This document shows, one piece after another, positions 52,129-64,000 of a stretch of DNA of 64,000 nt. Under the pieces are notes generated by a model, which was not told the origin of the DNA, searched no databases, and saw only the letters and a list, made by a program, of their open reading frames with translations. The stretch's first letter is position 1. Each line of letters opens with the position of its first letter. A program made the translations under genes and the position numbers. Source of the DNA: Eledone cirrhosa (lineage: Eukaryota); NCBI GenBank assembly GCA_964016885.1, contig OZ024740.1, positions 288,672,001-288,736,000 on the forward strand, written 5' to 3'.

Positions 52129-52173
52129 ATGAAGAAATCACCCGAATCTAAACCCCTGCATAGTAAAATAACG
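52129..52173 (+). CDS. Ank2: 45-nt symmetric cassette exon (MKKSPESKPLHSKIT)
   Basis: ttgctttgtgtattgcag acceptor and ACG|GTGAGT donor. Phase 0-0 fits the intron between 50253 and 52556. Confidence 0.68.
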
Positions 52174-52555
52174 GTGAGTACTGCAATGTTTAGGGTAAAG
52201 AATTTTATTCTAGTGTTTCAAATGTTAGCCCCCATGATAACAGATGATAGGCATAGTCCATTAATTATTGTGCCAGAAATATTGGTTTCTAGTTTCAGAA
52301 TCCAGTCAAAATTGGAGTTAATTCAACCAAACTGATTATAGATATTTAAAACTTGATGAATCCCTTTGCTTTAATGTTGAAATGAGATCCAAAATTCACA
52401 TTTTTATGCTCTCCCTCTACTGTCATTGCCTCCAAACTTCAGCAGAAATTGTGTGTTCAGCGAATTTTATCTAATATACTTTGTATTTTCCATTGAATTC
52501 TTATTGTGTATTTCTTGTTGGTGAAACTTCAATATTTGATTGTTTCCTATTGCAG

Positions 52556-52619
52556 GAATCTGAGTCTGCAGAGGAATGGGGCAGTGATGCTGACACCGAA
52601 AGACACCGGATAGCTAAAG
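52556..52619 (+). CDS. Ank2: Ankyrin tail exon (ESESAEEWGSDADTERHRIAK), phase 0-1
   Basis: tttcctattgcag acceptor, acidic open frame and G|GTAGAT donor. Confidence 0.8.
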
Positions 52620-53501
52620 GTAGATAGGTGTTTAAGTCTTTTCTTTAATCACTCTAATCCCTAATATTGTTGCATGTTGATATAAATGTAAATTATTCCA
52701 ACCAAATTATGTCTGTTACATGTTAAAAGCACTCTTCTCTTAAATCAACTTTCTCTCTCTCTGGCATGGTTCTGTTATTGTCCTTGTTAGATTTATATAT
52801 AATTATTATTACTATTATTATTTATTTATTATAATTATAATTATTATTATAATTAATTATTACTATTATTATTATTATTATTATCGTTGTTGTTATTATC
52901 ACCACTGTTGTTTCTTATTATTAGTGTTTCTGTATTGATTTTAAAATCAAAATAGCTGTGCCACGGGAAAGGGTCTCAAACTGTTTTGGTACTTTTCATT
53001 TTTCTTCCTTTAATCAAAGCCATTTTGCAGAATACCTTATTACTTATTAATGTGTTGGGGGACGGTTTCTCTTGCAAATTAATAATCAAGTGTGTTAAAT
53101 AAATAAACTGGTATATTGAATAGTTAAAAACGGGTGTATAGTTATTAAATACTTCTTTATACTGTAATGCTCACAATTTTACTTAAATTAGTTTCTAACA
53201 TCTGGTGTCCACTGAATTAGTTTTCAATTTAGTTAAATCATTTTTACTTCACATGCCAACCATTTCAACATTTAACTGTTTATGGAAATGCTAACAGAAA
53301 GTAAAATACGTGAACTTTGTCTTTGAATGTCTTTGAATGTGTAATGTAGCACAAGCACCACAAGTATTGGTTGTCAGTTTATAAGCATCATCATAAAGCA
53401 GGAGATATATGTTATGTCGCTTTTCTCTATATTTTTTTTTTCATTGAATGTACAATATTCCACTCTCACTGTAGGTTTATAGAACTCTCTCTCTCTCTCC
53501 C

Positions 53502-53569
<68 letters not shown>

Positions 53570-54901
53570 AAGGCAATAATGTTTTGTAGTTGCCTTACAA
53601 TCAAAACAGTTGAACAATGTTTTGTAAAAATGAAGACTGGAAGTTCAATCAATTAAGAAATAGGAATAATGTTGTGAAAAAAACTACTGTCAGTAAACTA
53701 GGGGAGTGATGAGATGAGGGAACACCACACATAAAGTATTGTACCCAAATGGTAGTTTGGAGAGTTTTACTCCTGTCATTGAGAATTCTAAAACAAAAGT
53801 CATTTCTATAGGAAGCTATGGTTATAATCACTTCTCTAAATTTCTCTGCTAACTATAAATATGAATTTATTATATAAAATAACTGTTGGAATATTTGTTA
53901 GACAGATGTCAAGGTCAAATTATAATCAGGCATTCACAGTATTATCAAGACATATACTATTGCTATCTGTTTCACATTGTCTTCACTATTTAAATATGAG
54001 GATTTCTATCATTTTAAGCATATTGTTATGACCATGCTCTTCCAGTTTGCCATATTATAAGGTTCAGCACTGGTTGCTGGTTAATTCTAGTTCACTAAAT
54101 TAATATAAATTGATATCTAGCAGGCATTTTCTAGTAAAACAATTATTTATAATTATTATATAAACATAATTTGCATAAAAATAAAAAAAGAGTGGGAGAA
54201 GATGCCACAAGGGCACTGGAATTTCCTTTTAATAATTTTTGAGGCAAGCCAACATACAGCATTGCCACAGATGATTGTTTATTAACTCTTTTGATAGCAA
54301 ACCACTTAAAACTGCACCTGATACTTTGATACAAAACTATTTATTTTAAAGTGTTTATATTTATCTAAAAACTTTCCATCATAAGAAACTTTATGTTCCA
54401 AACATCAATTTAATAATGATTGAGTTAGTTATATTACTAATTTCCTCCAAATTTTTGGTTATTTTCAAAAGGATTTGAAAATTATATGCAGTCTTTCATT
54501 TAAAATATGATAATCAAAGTGTTAATGAGGGCGACGTTTTAGAAACTAGTTGATTAATAATCTGCAAAATTAAATGTTTAGACTAATAATTCAGTTGATT
54601 TAGTGCTGCAACAGATGAAAATTAATAACTTTACTTCCTGTTTTGTCCTTGTTGTAAAGAACTAAGGAATACAGAGATGTAGAGAATCATCATCATTGTT
54701 TTAACGTCCATTGTCCTTGCCAGCAATGGGTTAGACGGGTCTACATAGACCAAGTCAGTACTGAAGCGGTGCCACTGATCTCCCAGACAGGTCAGGGATC
54801 TGTGTCTCACGTTCCACCGAGTGCATAAGAGGGGTTGTCATGTCTGTGACACAACTGAGGGTCCTCTTGCATTTAATGAGTATTTTCAGCATTAGAAGAA
54901 T

Positions 54902-54939
<38 letters not shown>

Positions 54940-55788
54940 GTCTTCTCTCCAAATTGATCAAAAATATCACTGGATATACTACTAAATATTTCTTCTAATA
55001 TCAACTCTTTTTGGTTATGAAGTAAGCCCCTGTCAGTTATGGTTTTTGTCTTCTTTACATACTTATATATAGTTGATGGGTTTTATTTTTGACTTTTATA
55101 CATAGTTTTATATAGTTGTGGAAATACTGTACATTTAATAAATAAGAATATGCAGAAGTGTTTGTCTAAAAACAGTCACTTATATTTAAGTAATACAAGT
55201 CTCAAGTAGAGACAGACACATGATATTTCTGGTTTTAAAGAATAACAAAGGACAAGAGAATAACAAAAAACATTTTTATTTTTGTTGAAACAAGCGCGTA
55301 CACACACAAACACACATACATTGATGATGACTACATTGGTTATTGACTAAAATCTATTGCTGAAATGCAAAAATTCTACATGTGTGTATGTTACTGTAAT
55401 GTAAACCTGGTATTACCAAACTATGGACATAAAATTTGTCCAAACATAATTACATTTTCATTTATATTTTTTATCATCATTATTATTATCATTATCTGAT
55501 CAAGAATCATTTCATTTTGGTTCTTGAAGATTGGTATTGTATTTCTATTTTTATTTTCTCAAAAAGAGAACAAAAAACTTGAAATTCTACTGAAAACTGA
55601 ATTAATTTCCATATTTTTATCATCTGATTGATTTGATTTCAGTGCAGGGAGAAAAATGTTAATACTGTTAAATTGTCTGCTAAGATTTATATTGTATTGT
55701 CTGACTACTTTGGCGCAATGTTAATTCTAACAACTAAAATAAAGGGCAAACCCCAAATATCATTGCTTCCTTACTGTAATTATCGCAG

Positions 55789-55995
55789 CACCTTCCCAGC
55801 CAGCAGCAATGGACCACGAAGAAGTCGTATTGATTAAGCATGTGGACAGTAGACGTCCAGAGGCTGCACCTATTGCTGAATCTAATACTGATGACTCTGA
55901 TCACAAAAAAAAAGCCTTCATTGAATTTGCTAAACAAATGGATGAACTAAGCGACATGGAAGAAACCATTAAACCAGTTGCCACTTCTGAACAAG
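55789..55995 (+). CDS. Ank2: Ankyrin acidic tail exon (APSQPAAMDHEEVVLIKH...EETIKPVATSEQ), phase 1-1
   Basis: tatcgcag acceptor, CAAG|GTACTA donor, 207 nt, coding-like composition and phase compatible. Confidence 0.78.
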
Positions 55996-58900
55996 GTACT
56001 AACTAGCTGCATGCTAGCCTCTTCCCGATTTACACTTCAAGCCACATGCTGCTCTTATGCTCCAATTAATCTTTATGCTGCTTCTGAAAATTTCAAAATG
56101 CATAACAAGGCTGCTGCAAATATAAACTTTTTTACTTATACTTGCAATATAAGAATAGCTTTATGGCTATTTCAAAATTTTAACTCTTTCTTTTTTTTAA
56201 CCCCTCTTTTTTTTTTTTTTACACTTGACTAATTGTCAGTAAATTAAGATCAATTAATAGCATTAATCAATTCTTTCACTTTTTACCTCTGTGCTGATAT
56301 GGCTTTGCAATTTTTTATACTTTAGCTCCCGCCTTTATCTCTACATAAACAAGAAAGCATGTAAAGAAAAAAAAATAACACTGAACCACATTAATATTTC
56401 TTTCATTAAACATGTCTCACTAACAGCATTAATTGACTTACATATATGTACATAAACATTTTTTTCTCACTCAATCCTGCGACAATTTCAAATTCATTTA
56501 GAATTAGAATTTTGGTAATTATCTCCTTCCCCTTGATTTCTGCATGAAATTTCCCCGTCTTTTACCTGTATTTTTTTTCTTTGTTGATATATATATATAT
56601 ATATGTATATATCATTTACCTTTCTAGTAGTGGTATACTTCATTTATAATGGAAGTGAATATGAAAACATACAATTTACTATTACATTGCGTGTATTAGT
56701 TGGAGACTAGTTAAAAATTTAGCTCAAGTTTTAATCTAAGAAAATATTTTTGTGCAATAGCCTCACAAAATCACATCTCACCTAATTTCACTGAACAGTT
56801 TCTTATTTAGAAAAAAATAATATTCCAATATTTCTCCTGTATCTAAATTATGGGTTAGATTGTTATGTAAATTTAGAAATTTGTGTGAATTCGAGCAATA
56901 GAATTATTTTACAACTGAATACTCAATTGCTTTGTCTAATATCATTCATAGCCAAGTCAAAACTTAAAACTATGTAACTTAATAGCTTAACATAATTATC
57001 CTTTAATATTCATAATGTAAATAACAATACAGAGGAAAAAAGCTGTAAAAAAAGGGTGAAAATTATTAGTAAAATAAGATAATTTTATGTGCCTCAACCT
57101 TCATTCACAACTCCTCTCATGTCTTTGAAGGAGGGTTATGTGTGAAACATAAGAACTCAACTGTTATGTCCTCAAAGGAGAGCTGTGTCTAAAACATCAG
57201 AACTCACCTCTCATTTCTTTAAAGAAGAACCCTGCTAGAAACATGAAAATTCACCTCTCCTTATAGCACACAAACATTTTATTTTACAAATTTTATGAAT
57301 AATTAATAATGTTAGATATATTAACATATTCATAAAAAGTGGTGTGTCTTCTCTGATGTTCAATAATATAAAGTGCTAGCTCTATTGATGCAGTCATAAA
57401 TATGATAGAATGATGAGACTAAAAAAAACTGGGATTCTCCTAAAGTCACAATACAACAATTAGTGACTTGAATAAATATTATTTGAATGTTAACATTATG
57501 GCAAGATGTAACTAACAAAACAGTGATCAATAGAGAATATCTTCAGTCAGTGTCCCATCTCAGTTCACAGTATTCACAGGTTCAGGTCCTGATGCAATAC
57601 AATTCAACAGTCACCCTGAATAGTATTAAAGTTACTGGCAATAATAAGGTATTCACTGTGATTGGTAGTTTGTTAATCTAAGTAACCAAAGATCAAAGTA
57701 AAACTCTTTTGGATCAGTGTATATAAAGCAGCTTAAACAAGCACAATTCTTGAAGAAGCAGAGTTCTTGAACATTCAACTACCATTCTACCTTGGACTCC
57801 TTAAGCATTTAAGGGGTGGTAGTTCTGATGCCATAATTCTATATTCGACTTTATAATTTCCTCTTTTTTTCTGTGCTTAGTTAGTTTTATTTTATTAATG
57901 AAATAATTATAGAAACATTTACAAACTCTATAGATACACAGACACAGCTATTCATATTTATTGAATTTTCAACACACATGCCTGATGCTTAAGATAAAAC
58001 CATGGCTGTATCTTTACAATGGAAGATAATGGTTTGCAAGAAAGCAATTGACCAGTGTATGTTGATGATAATTAATAGCTGGCTCACTGACCGTTTAAAG
58101 GACCATATGGGTCATTTCAAGAGATTTTAAGTAAACTAAAAATATTTCAATTTAAAATCAACAGATTTATAAAAAATGTTGAATCCAACATCCATAGCCA
58201 TTGAAGACAATATATACATTTCTCAATTTTTTTTATTTCCCTAACTACAAGAAAGAAATGTTAAACAAATCTAAAACATGAAAAAAAATGGTTTGATAAA
58301 TATGTAAGGGTTAACTACTTAAAAGTTATGGTGTTTCTTTGGTATCTTTTGCGATTTTAGTTACTCTCTTAATCTTACATATGAACATATGCATGCCAAC
58401 ACATACACACACTGTCATAAATCAATATATTTTTAGATTTTTTTTTAATGTTTAAAACATCTTTATGCTTAAAACGAACTTAATTTTGCTCTAGAATAAA
58501 TATTGGTATTCTGATTCCAAACTTTCTAGTGACTCACATGACTTGAAAACTCTTGAAAAATGTGAATGAATTTGTTTTAAGCATAGAAGTATGATTTCAT
58601 ATATAGATTTATATGGTTGTCCTGCTGTATGGCATTCTCTCTGATTTCTTCCACACACACAACATACATGTGTATAATAAGCATATAACTGGATATTAGT
58701 GAAAGAATACTGTCATTCAGTTGGAGAACTTCAAATAATAAAATAATGTAGAGGTGTGTGGTATTTTTGCATGGTCAGAGCTGATAAAGCTGACCTATGA
58801 TAAAAAAAAAACTATGATCTATGACTATTCCATTTGTATTTCAAGAAGATTTTGTTTCACAATCATGGAGTTTTGGGTTGAATTACACTTTATTGCATTT

Positions 58901-60690
58901 TGAGCAAGTGCTTTTTTACCACAGCCTCTGATTGACATAAGCATTGTGAGTGAAATTGGGTAGATGGAAATTGTATGGAAGCCTCTACTGGATGGACAGT
59001 ATACGTAATTCAAAAACCCAAACTTGTGACACGCTGCCATGCTGAATATTCATGAAAATTACATCCAATATATGTTAGTGGAATACTCAGCCACTTACAT
59101 ATTAATTTTATGAGTAGACCATACCATTGGTTAAACATTATTGAAACTGGTGGAGGCCTATCTAGTCAATAAGCCTTTTTTTTAAATGATAGGATGCAAT
59201 TTGATATGAATTTGGCTGCTATGTCTAGCAGATCAAGTGACCATATACAGATTCATTCATTATCTTGTGATTGTGAAGAGTACATATTCTGAGTACAAAA
59301 CTAATTACCAAAATTAACAAGTAAATAAACTAAACGAATTAATACAATATTATTTTAATTGGACATTTTTTTGTTTCATTTTTGTTTTTGGTTTTTGTTT
59401 TTTTTTTGCTGATATTTTCATAAAAATGTTGGCTATTGTATATTTTTACCTATACATTTTTAACATAAACAAATAATTGACTAATTTATGGATGATACCA
59501 CTCCTGCTACTATTTTTACTATAACTGCATGAAAACCAGTTTCACCCTCACTAATTGATAATAGTTGGCAGTAATTTAACCTTTTAGATCATGTTTAGTT
59601 ATTTGAACTAATAGAATAGTTCAATTCTATCTGTGGTCAAAAGCATTCCAGCCATGACCATCCAGCCTTATTTTGGGATATAGTATATCTCAGATGACAT
59701 TATCCAGTGTGTCCTTCCTTTTTCTAAGGTACATTGTTTGTTTTGGCAACTCAAGTTTCTGCATTTTAATCTCATCAAAGTGCTGACTTTGTCTTTCATT
59801 ATTCCAGTGTTGATAAAATAAGTACTAATAACAAACTGGAATTGCATCAATACTGGCTGTGTATATACCTCTGAAAAAAAGAAAAAAATCCAATGGCAGA
59901 GCTCCATCATGGCCACAACCCATAGTCTGGAATCAGTAACAAGCAATCAATATTTGAATTGTGAGGTTCCAGGTTCCCACCCACTCTGTGATATCTCAGG
60001 CAAGTGTCTTTTATCACAGCCTCAGGTTGACCCAAGCCTGTGAGAGAAATTTGGTTGATGGAAATTTTGAGTAAGCTTATTTGATGGACTGTACCTATAA
60101 TTTAAACATTGTCTTTTTACATATTGAGTCATGTTGATTCTGCCAGAGAATTATTTGAAGGATACATGTGTCTGTGCAGCACTCAACCACATACTCATTA
60201 ATTTAATGATTTGTAAGACAATCAGTTGATTGAACACCTAAGTGTTGATCATTGAAACTGGTGGAGGATATATCATTTGAATCAAGGTCAATAACAAAGA
60301 ACCAGTCAAGTACTGGGGCAGTATAATTGACCCACCACCACCACCACAAAAAAAAAGAAAGTTGCAGAGTTTCTGCCTAAATTAGAAACCTTTATATTGA
60401 ATACTTATTTTGTTTGTGACATTTTCCATTTACTATACACATACACATAATCATTGTCGTCATCATATATTGATTTTTGATGCTGGTGTGAGTTGGACTG
60501 GCATACACACACATATGTGTGTGTTTTTAGTTAAATGACTAGTAAGACCTTTGTTCAACTTAATACCTCATACTTTGAAGTAAGTGGTGTGTAGATATTA
60601 TTTAAGACATGAAAACCCAATAGTCTATGTTAAACTGTTTCCTTTTAAGCATTGAACTGGTTTAAGCTTGACCATCAGGTTTACATGTAT

Positions 60691-60725
<35 letters not shown>

Positions 60726-61821
60726 TATCACCTGAAGATGATCAGTGTTTTAACCTAACAAAATCTATTATATCAGATAAATACCCAAGAAACAAGTTCA
60801 AAATTTGTATAGTAATAACTCATTTCTAAGAAAATATTGTGTATATTTATCATGAAGTATAGCAACAATTATTTCCTTTTCAATATCTACTATAAAACTG
60901 CATTATCTTTAGACTTAATATCTAAAAGCATGAAATATTATAAAAAGCATGGGATACTATTTAAGAAGTATTATAATTATTTCTTTATTATTATATATTA
61001 ACCCTATGATTAGGTATTTCACTTTTACAGATATTAGATAGTGATGAAAGTCCAAATGTAGTGGAGAATAAGTTTATATAAGTTTATACAGATATGCATT
61101 AAACTTATTTTCTCTCTGCACTCAGCACTTAAGGGTTTTCATCACATTTCTATATCTGTAGTTGAATGACAGGTGCTTCAAATAAACATAACATTTATAA
61201 TTATTTTTATCTTTATTTCACTAAATATTTGATAAATATTTTTTACCCTCGTAAATATATCCCCTGCATGTTTAATTTCCCCAGATCACTCCAAATATTC
61301 AATTCGTCCTTACATAATATACTAGCATTCTTATAAATTTCTCAATTTGCATGGCTCCCCAAAATAACTATATCTGTTAATTATTATTAACTGTTAATTC
61401 AGTTAATATTTTAAGAAAAGCACTAACAATATTGACTAAACATTGTAAATACATTGTTTTTAATTCTATATTCAATTTAAACCAAGTCACTGAACATTTT
61501 TACAATATTTCTTTTAAATTTATTCCATCCTTAAAAATCTTTTTTTTTTCATAATTATCATTATTTTAACATAATAATATCAATATCATTATCCAAATTT
61601 TTTATTGTATTTAGTTTTGGGGGAGGAGACATTTTTATTTTAAAAAGAAATGCATATCAAAAGGTTTTTTTATTTTTATTTAAAGAATATATATATATAC
61701 ATATACACTCTTCAGTGACAATGATATATATATATAAATTGACAGATATGTACCTCTATATACTATTTTTTAAACATACTTTGTTGCCCCACCCCAATTT
61801 TTATTTGTTCATCCATGACAG

Positions 61822-62034
61822 ATGAAAAACCGTCTATCAGTGAAGAAACTATAGTAAGTAGATTGAAGGGAGCTGGGACTGTGACGTCAGTCATCACCAA
61901 AACCATTGTCACAGAAACAGTCGCTAAGGAAGCTATTGTCAAAGATGAAGCCCCAGAAACAATGGCTCCTTGTGTGGATGTTGCTGATTCAAGATCATCA
62001 AGCAGCAGCTCTGTCTGCGACAAAGAACAACAAG
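61822..62034 (+). CDS. Ank2: Ankyrin tail exon (DEKPSISEETIVSRLKG...SSSSSVCDKEQQ), phase 1-1
   Basis: gacag acceptor, CAAG|GTACAA donor, 213 nt, T/E/S/V-rich like ankyrin tails and phase compatible. Confidence 0.75.
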
Positions 62035-63826
62035 GTACAATGCACGGTGTGGAATAGCATGGTCTGCTTTAATTGTCAGACTTCTCCAAGAAAAAAAAAA
62101 GTTCCTTGTGTTTTCTTGAAGAACATTGAACCCCTTGCTGAATTTTCTGCATGATATTCCGTCTGCTTTCAGTGCTCACAGTAGATGATTGCACTTTGAC
62201 ACTCTGATAACCAACATGAAATATTTCTTTACCTTTTTTTTTGTTTTTCTTTTGTTTCCTTATATTTTAATGGGTCCTCATATAAGTGTAAATTAGATTA
62301 AGTTATATCAATAACCTCAAGAGATTTACACCTATGTTAATAAGAGCGCATAATAATGATATTGAGATCATATTGTTGCTAATGCCATCCATAGATATCA
62401 ATGGTTTTTATTTCATCATGAGATGTGCTTGACTTGAAAGAATGGAGCTTTACTGAAGAAATCCATGTTGAAATATATTGAACAAAGATTGTGTTGTGTT
62501 GGTATTACAGAATTTCAATATTACCAACTATAGAACTACTTAAATTGTATTTGCAAACTATTTGAGGACCCTGACTCTTTGCTTCCAGTTGGCTGACAAA
62601 CTATATCCTTCTTTGCCCAAATCATTTTTCATGACTATTTTGCATTTTCTGTTTTTACAAATTTTAGATTTCATCCTTTCTTTCCTTTTTTTTTTTTTTT
62701 TTTCCAAATGTCTTACTAACAATGTTTTTTGGGTGTATTCGGTCATTTCTTTCAGTGATTATTATCACTTAGAATGTTCTAAATCTGCGTAGTCTGTCGT
62801 TCGTTTTGCCTTGAATCTTCCTTCCTAATCAAATGGTCCCTTGTCTTCAACTCTATTCAAACCTAACATAATGGAATAAAACAATTCAAATTTTCAGAAC
62901 TATTTGCATGAAATTTTGGGATGCAATATTTATCTTACTTGGATTAGTCTTTTGGGTTTTGTTTTTCTTTTCCACTTTTCCTGTTCTTCTCTTCCATAAG
63001 ATTTTAAAGCATGCCTGCTCTCTCAAGAATGCATTCCTTCAAATTTTGGACTCTGCTCATTATTTACTGTTATGCCTGCAGTTACTTCATTTTTCATTCA
63101 GTTTTTGGATTAGATAGAAGAAATTAATTTGTTCTATTAAAATAAACTTTACAAAATTATTAATTAAATTTTAACTAACTAAAGCTAACATAATTAGTAT
63201 TAAGTGATTCCTTCCTGCTTGTTGTTATTTAAGTCATTGATATCTGGTATGATTCCAAACAGTATTTCCCATTGACATTGTTGGAGACAAAATACAGACT
63301 GAACTTATAACTCTGTATTCAGCATCTTATGAAATCTGTCTCTGTTTTATCATTATTATTTTAAAGCAGATAGCAATGAAATTACTCTAACAGATTTGTC
63401 TTTCAAATGAAAAAAATGGCTATAGAGAGCTTTACAGTTGCATTTTTGGCATAGAAAGTATTTTCTGTGTTTGTTATGTCTTAGTTCAGATCATGGTTGG
63501 ATACAATATGATCTCAACACTCATTTGATTTCACATAACAGATTCCTTGTTGCCGTATATTAATCTGTATTCAGGACTTTCAATTTATATCTTCAACACT
63601 TATGAATTTATTAGTGTTTTACTTTTTCATTTAAAGTGAGATTTGACTACTATATTACGAAGTTAAATATTGTATTTGGTCTGCTTTTTGGCATATTAAG
63701 TATTCTGTGTAGATTTATGTATGCAAACTGGGCCCCACTCTATGCAAAAATTTAATAGATCCATACTAATAGGTTTATTTCTATATAAGTTGCCATCTTA
63801 TTGTTTCATAGGCTTACAATCTAAAC

Positions 63827-63972
63827 CAGTCATGAGCAAACTGCGGCTCATTTGGCTTTCTGAATGGCACACCTGATTTCAAAATTGACTTGAATTTTTT
63901 AGTAGTCTGGCCTGCCTTATGAAAAGCCGCATCCTACGAAGCCCACTGCTTGAAAAAGGTTGCACATGCCTG
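63827..63972. mobile_element. 146-bp hAT (Charlie-like) MITE
   Basis: TIRs CAGTCATGAGCAAAC / GGTTGCACATGCCTG and a perfect 8-bp TSD ATCTAAAC at 63819-63826 and 63973-63980. Confidence 0.88.
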
Positions 63973-64000
63973 ATCTAAACTATCATAAATATTCTAATAA

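Overview
This is AT-rich, microsatellite-dense eukaryotic (animal) genomic DNA. The repeat landscape is consistent with a coleoid cephalopod such as Octopus, but that taxon call is inference. The window lies inside one + strand, multi-exon canonical ankyrin gene (ANK1/2/3, Drosophila Ank2 and unc-44 family). I can assemble a phase-consistent GT-AG exon chain: linker (4993-5199, 9125-9300), ZU5-N/ZU5-C (21344-41381, five exons), end of ZU5-C and UPA (45017-45611), linker (46365-46443), death domain (47052-48607) and an acidic C-terminal tail (50153-62034). The ANK-repeat exons and the final exon appear to lie outside the window. Introns hold tRNA-derived SINEs, TTAA-flanked piggyBac-type MITEs (one nested), a hAT MITE with a perfect 8-bp TSD, a decayed mariner, RTE LINE fragments and minisatellites. 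The most notable observations are an 18-nt microexon (KLKWKS) just before the spectrin-binding ZU5 motif, a perfect 121-bp intronic inverted repeat, a 138-nt hairpin with A-C mismatches, and symmetric tail exons flanked by Rbfox/QKI motifs. I found no CRISPR array, no prokaryotic system and no second protein-coding gene. I cannot support a wholly new biological system here; the best leads concern splicing and RNA editing of ankyrin.
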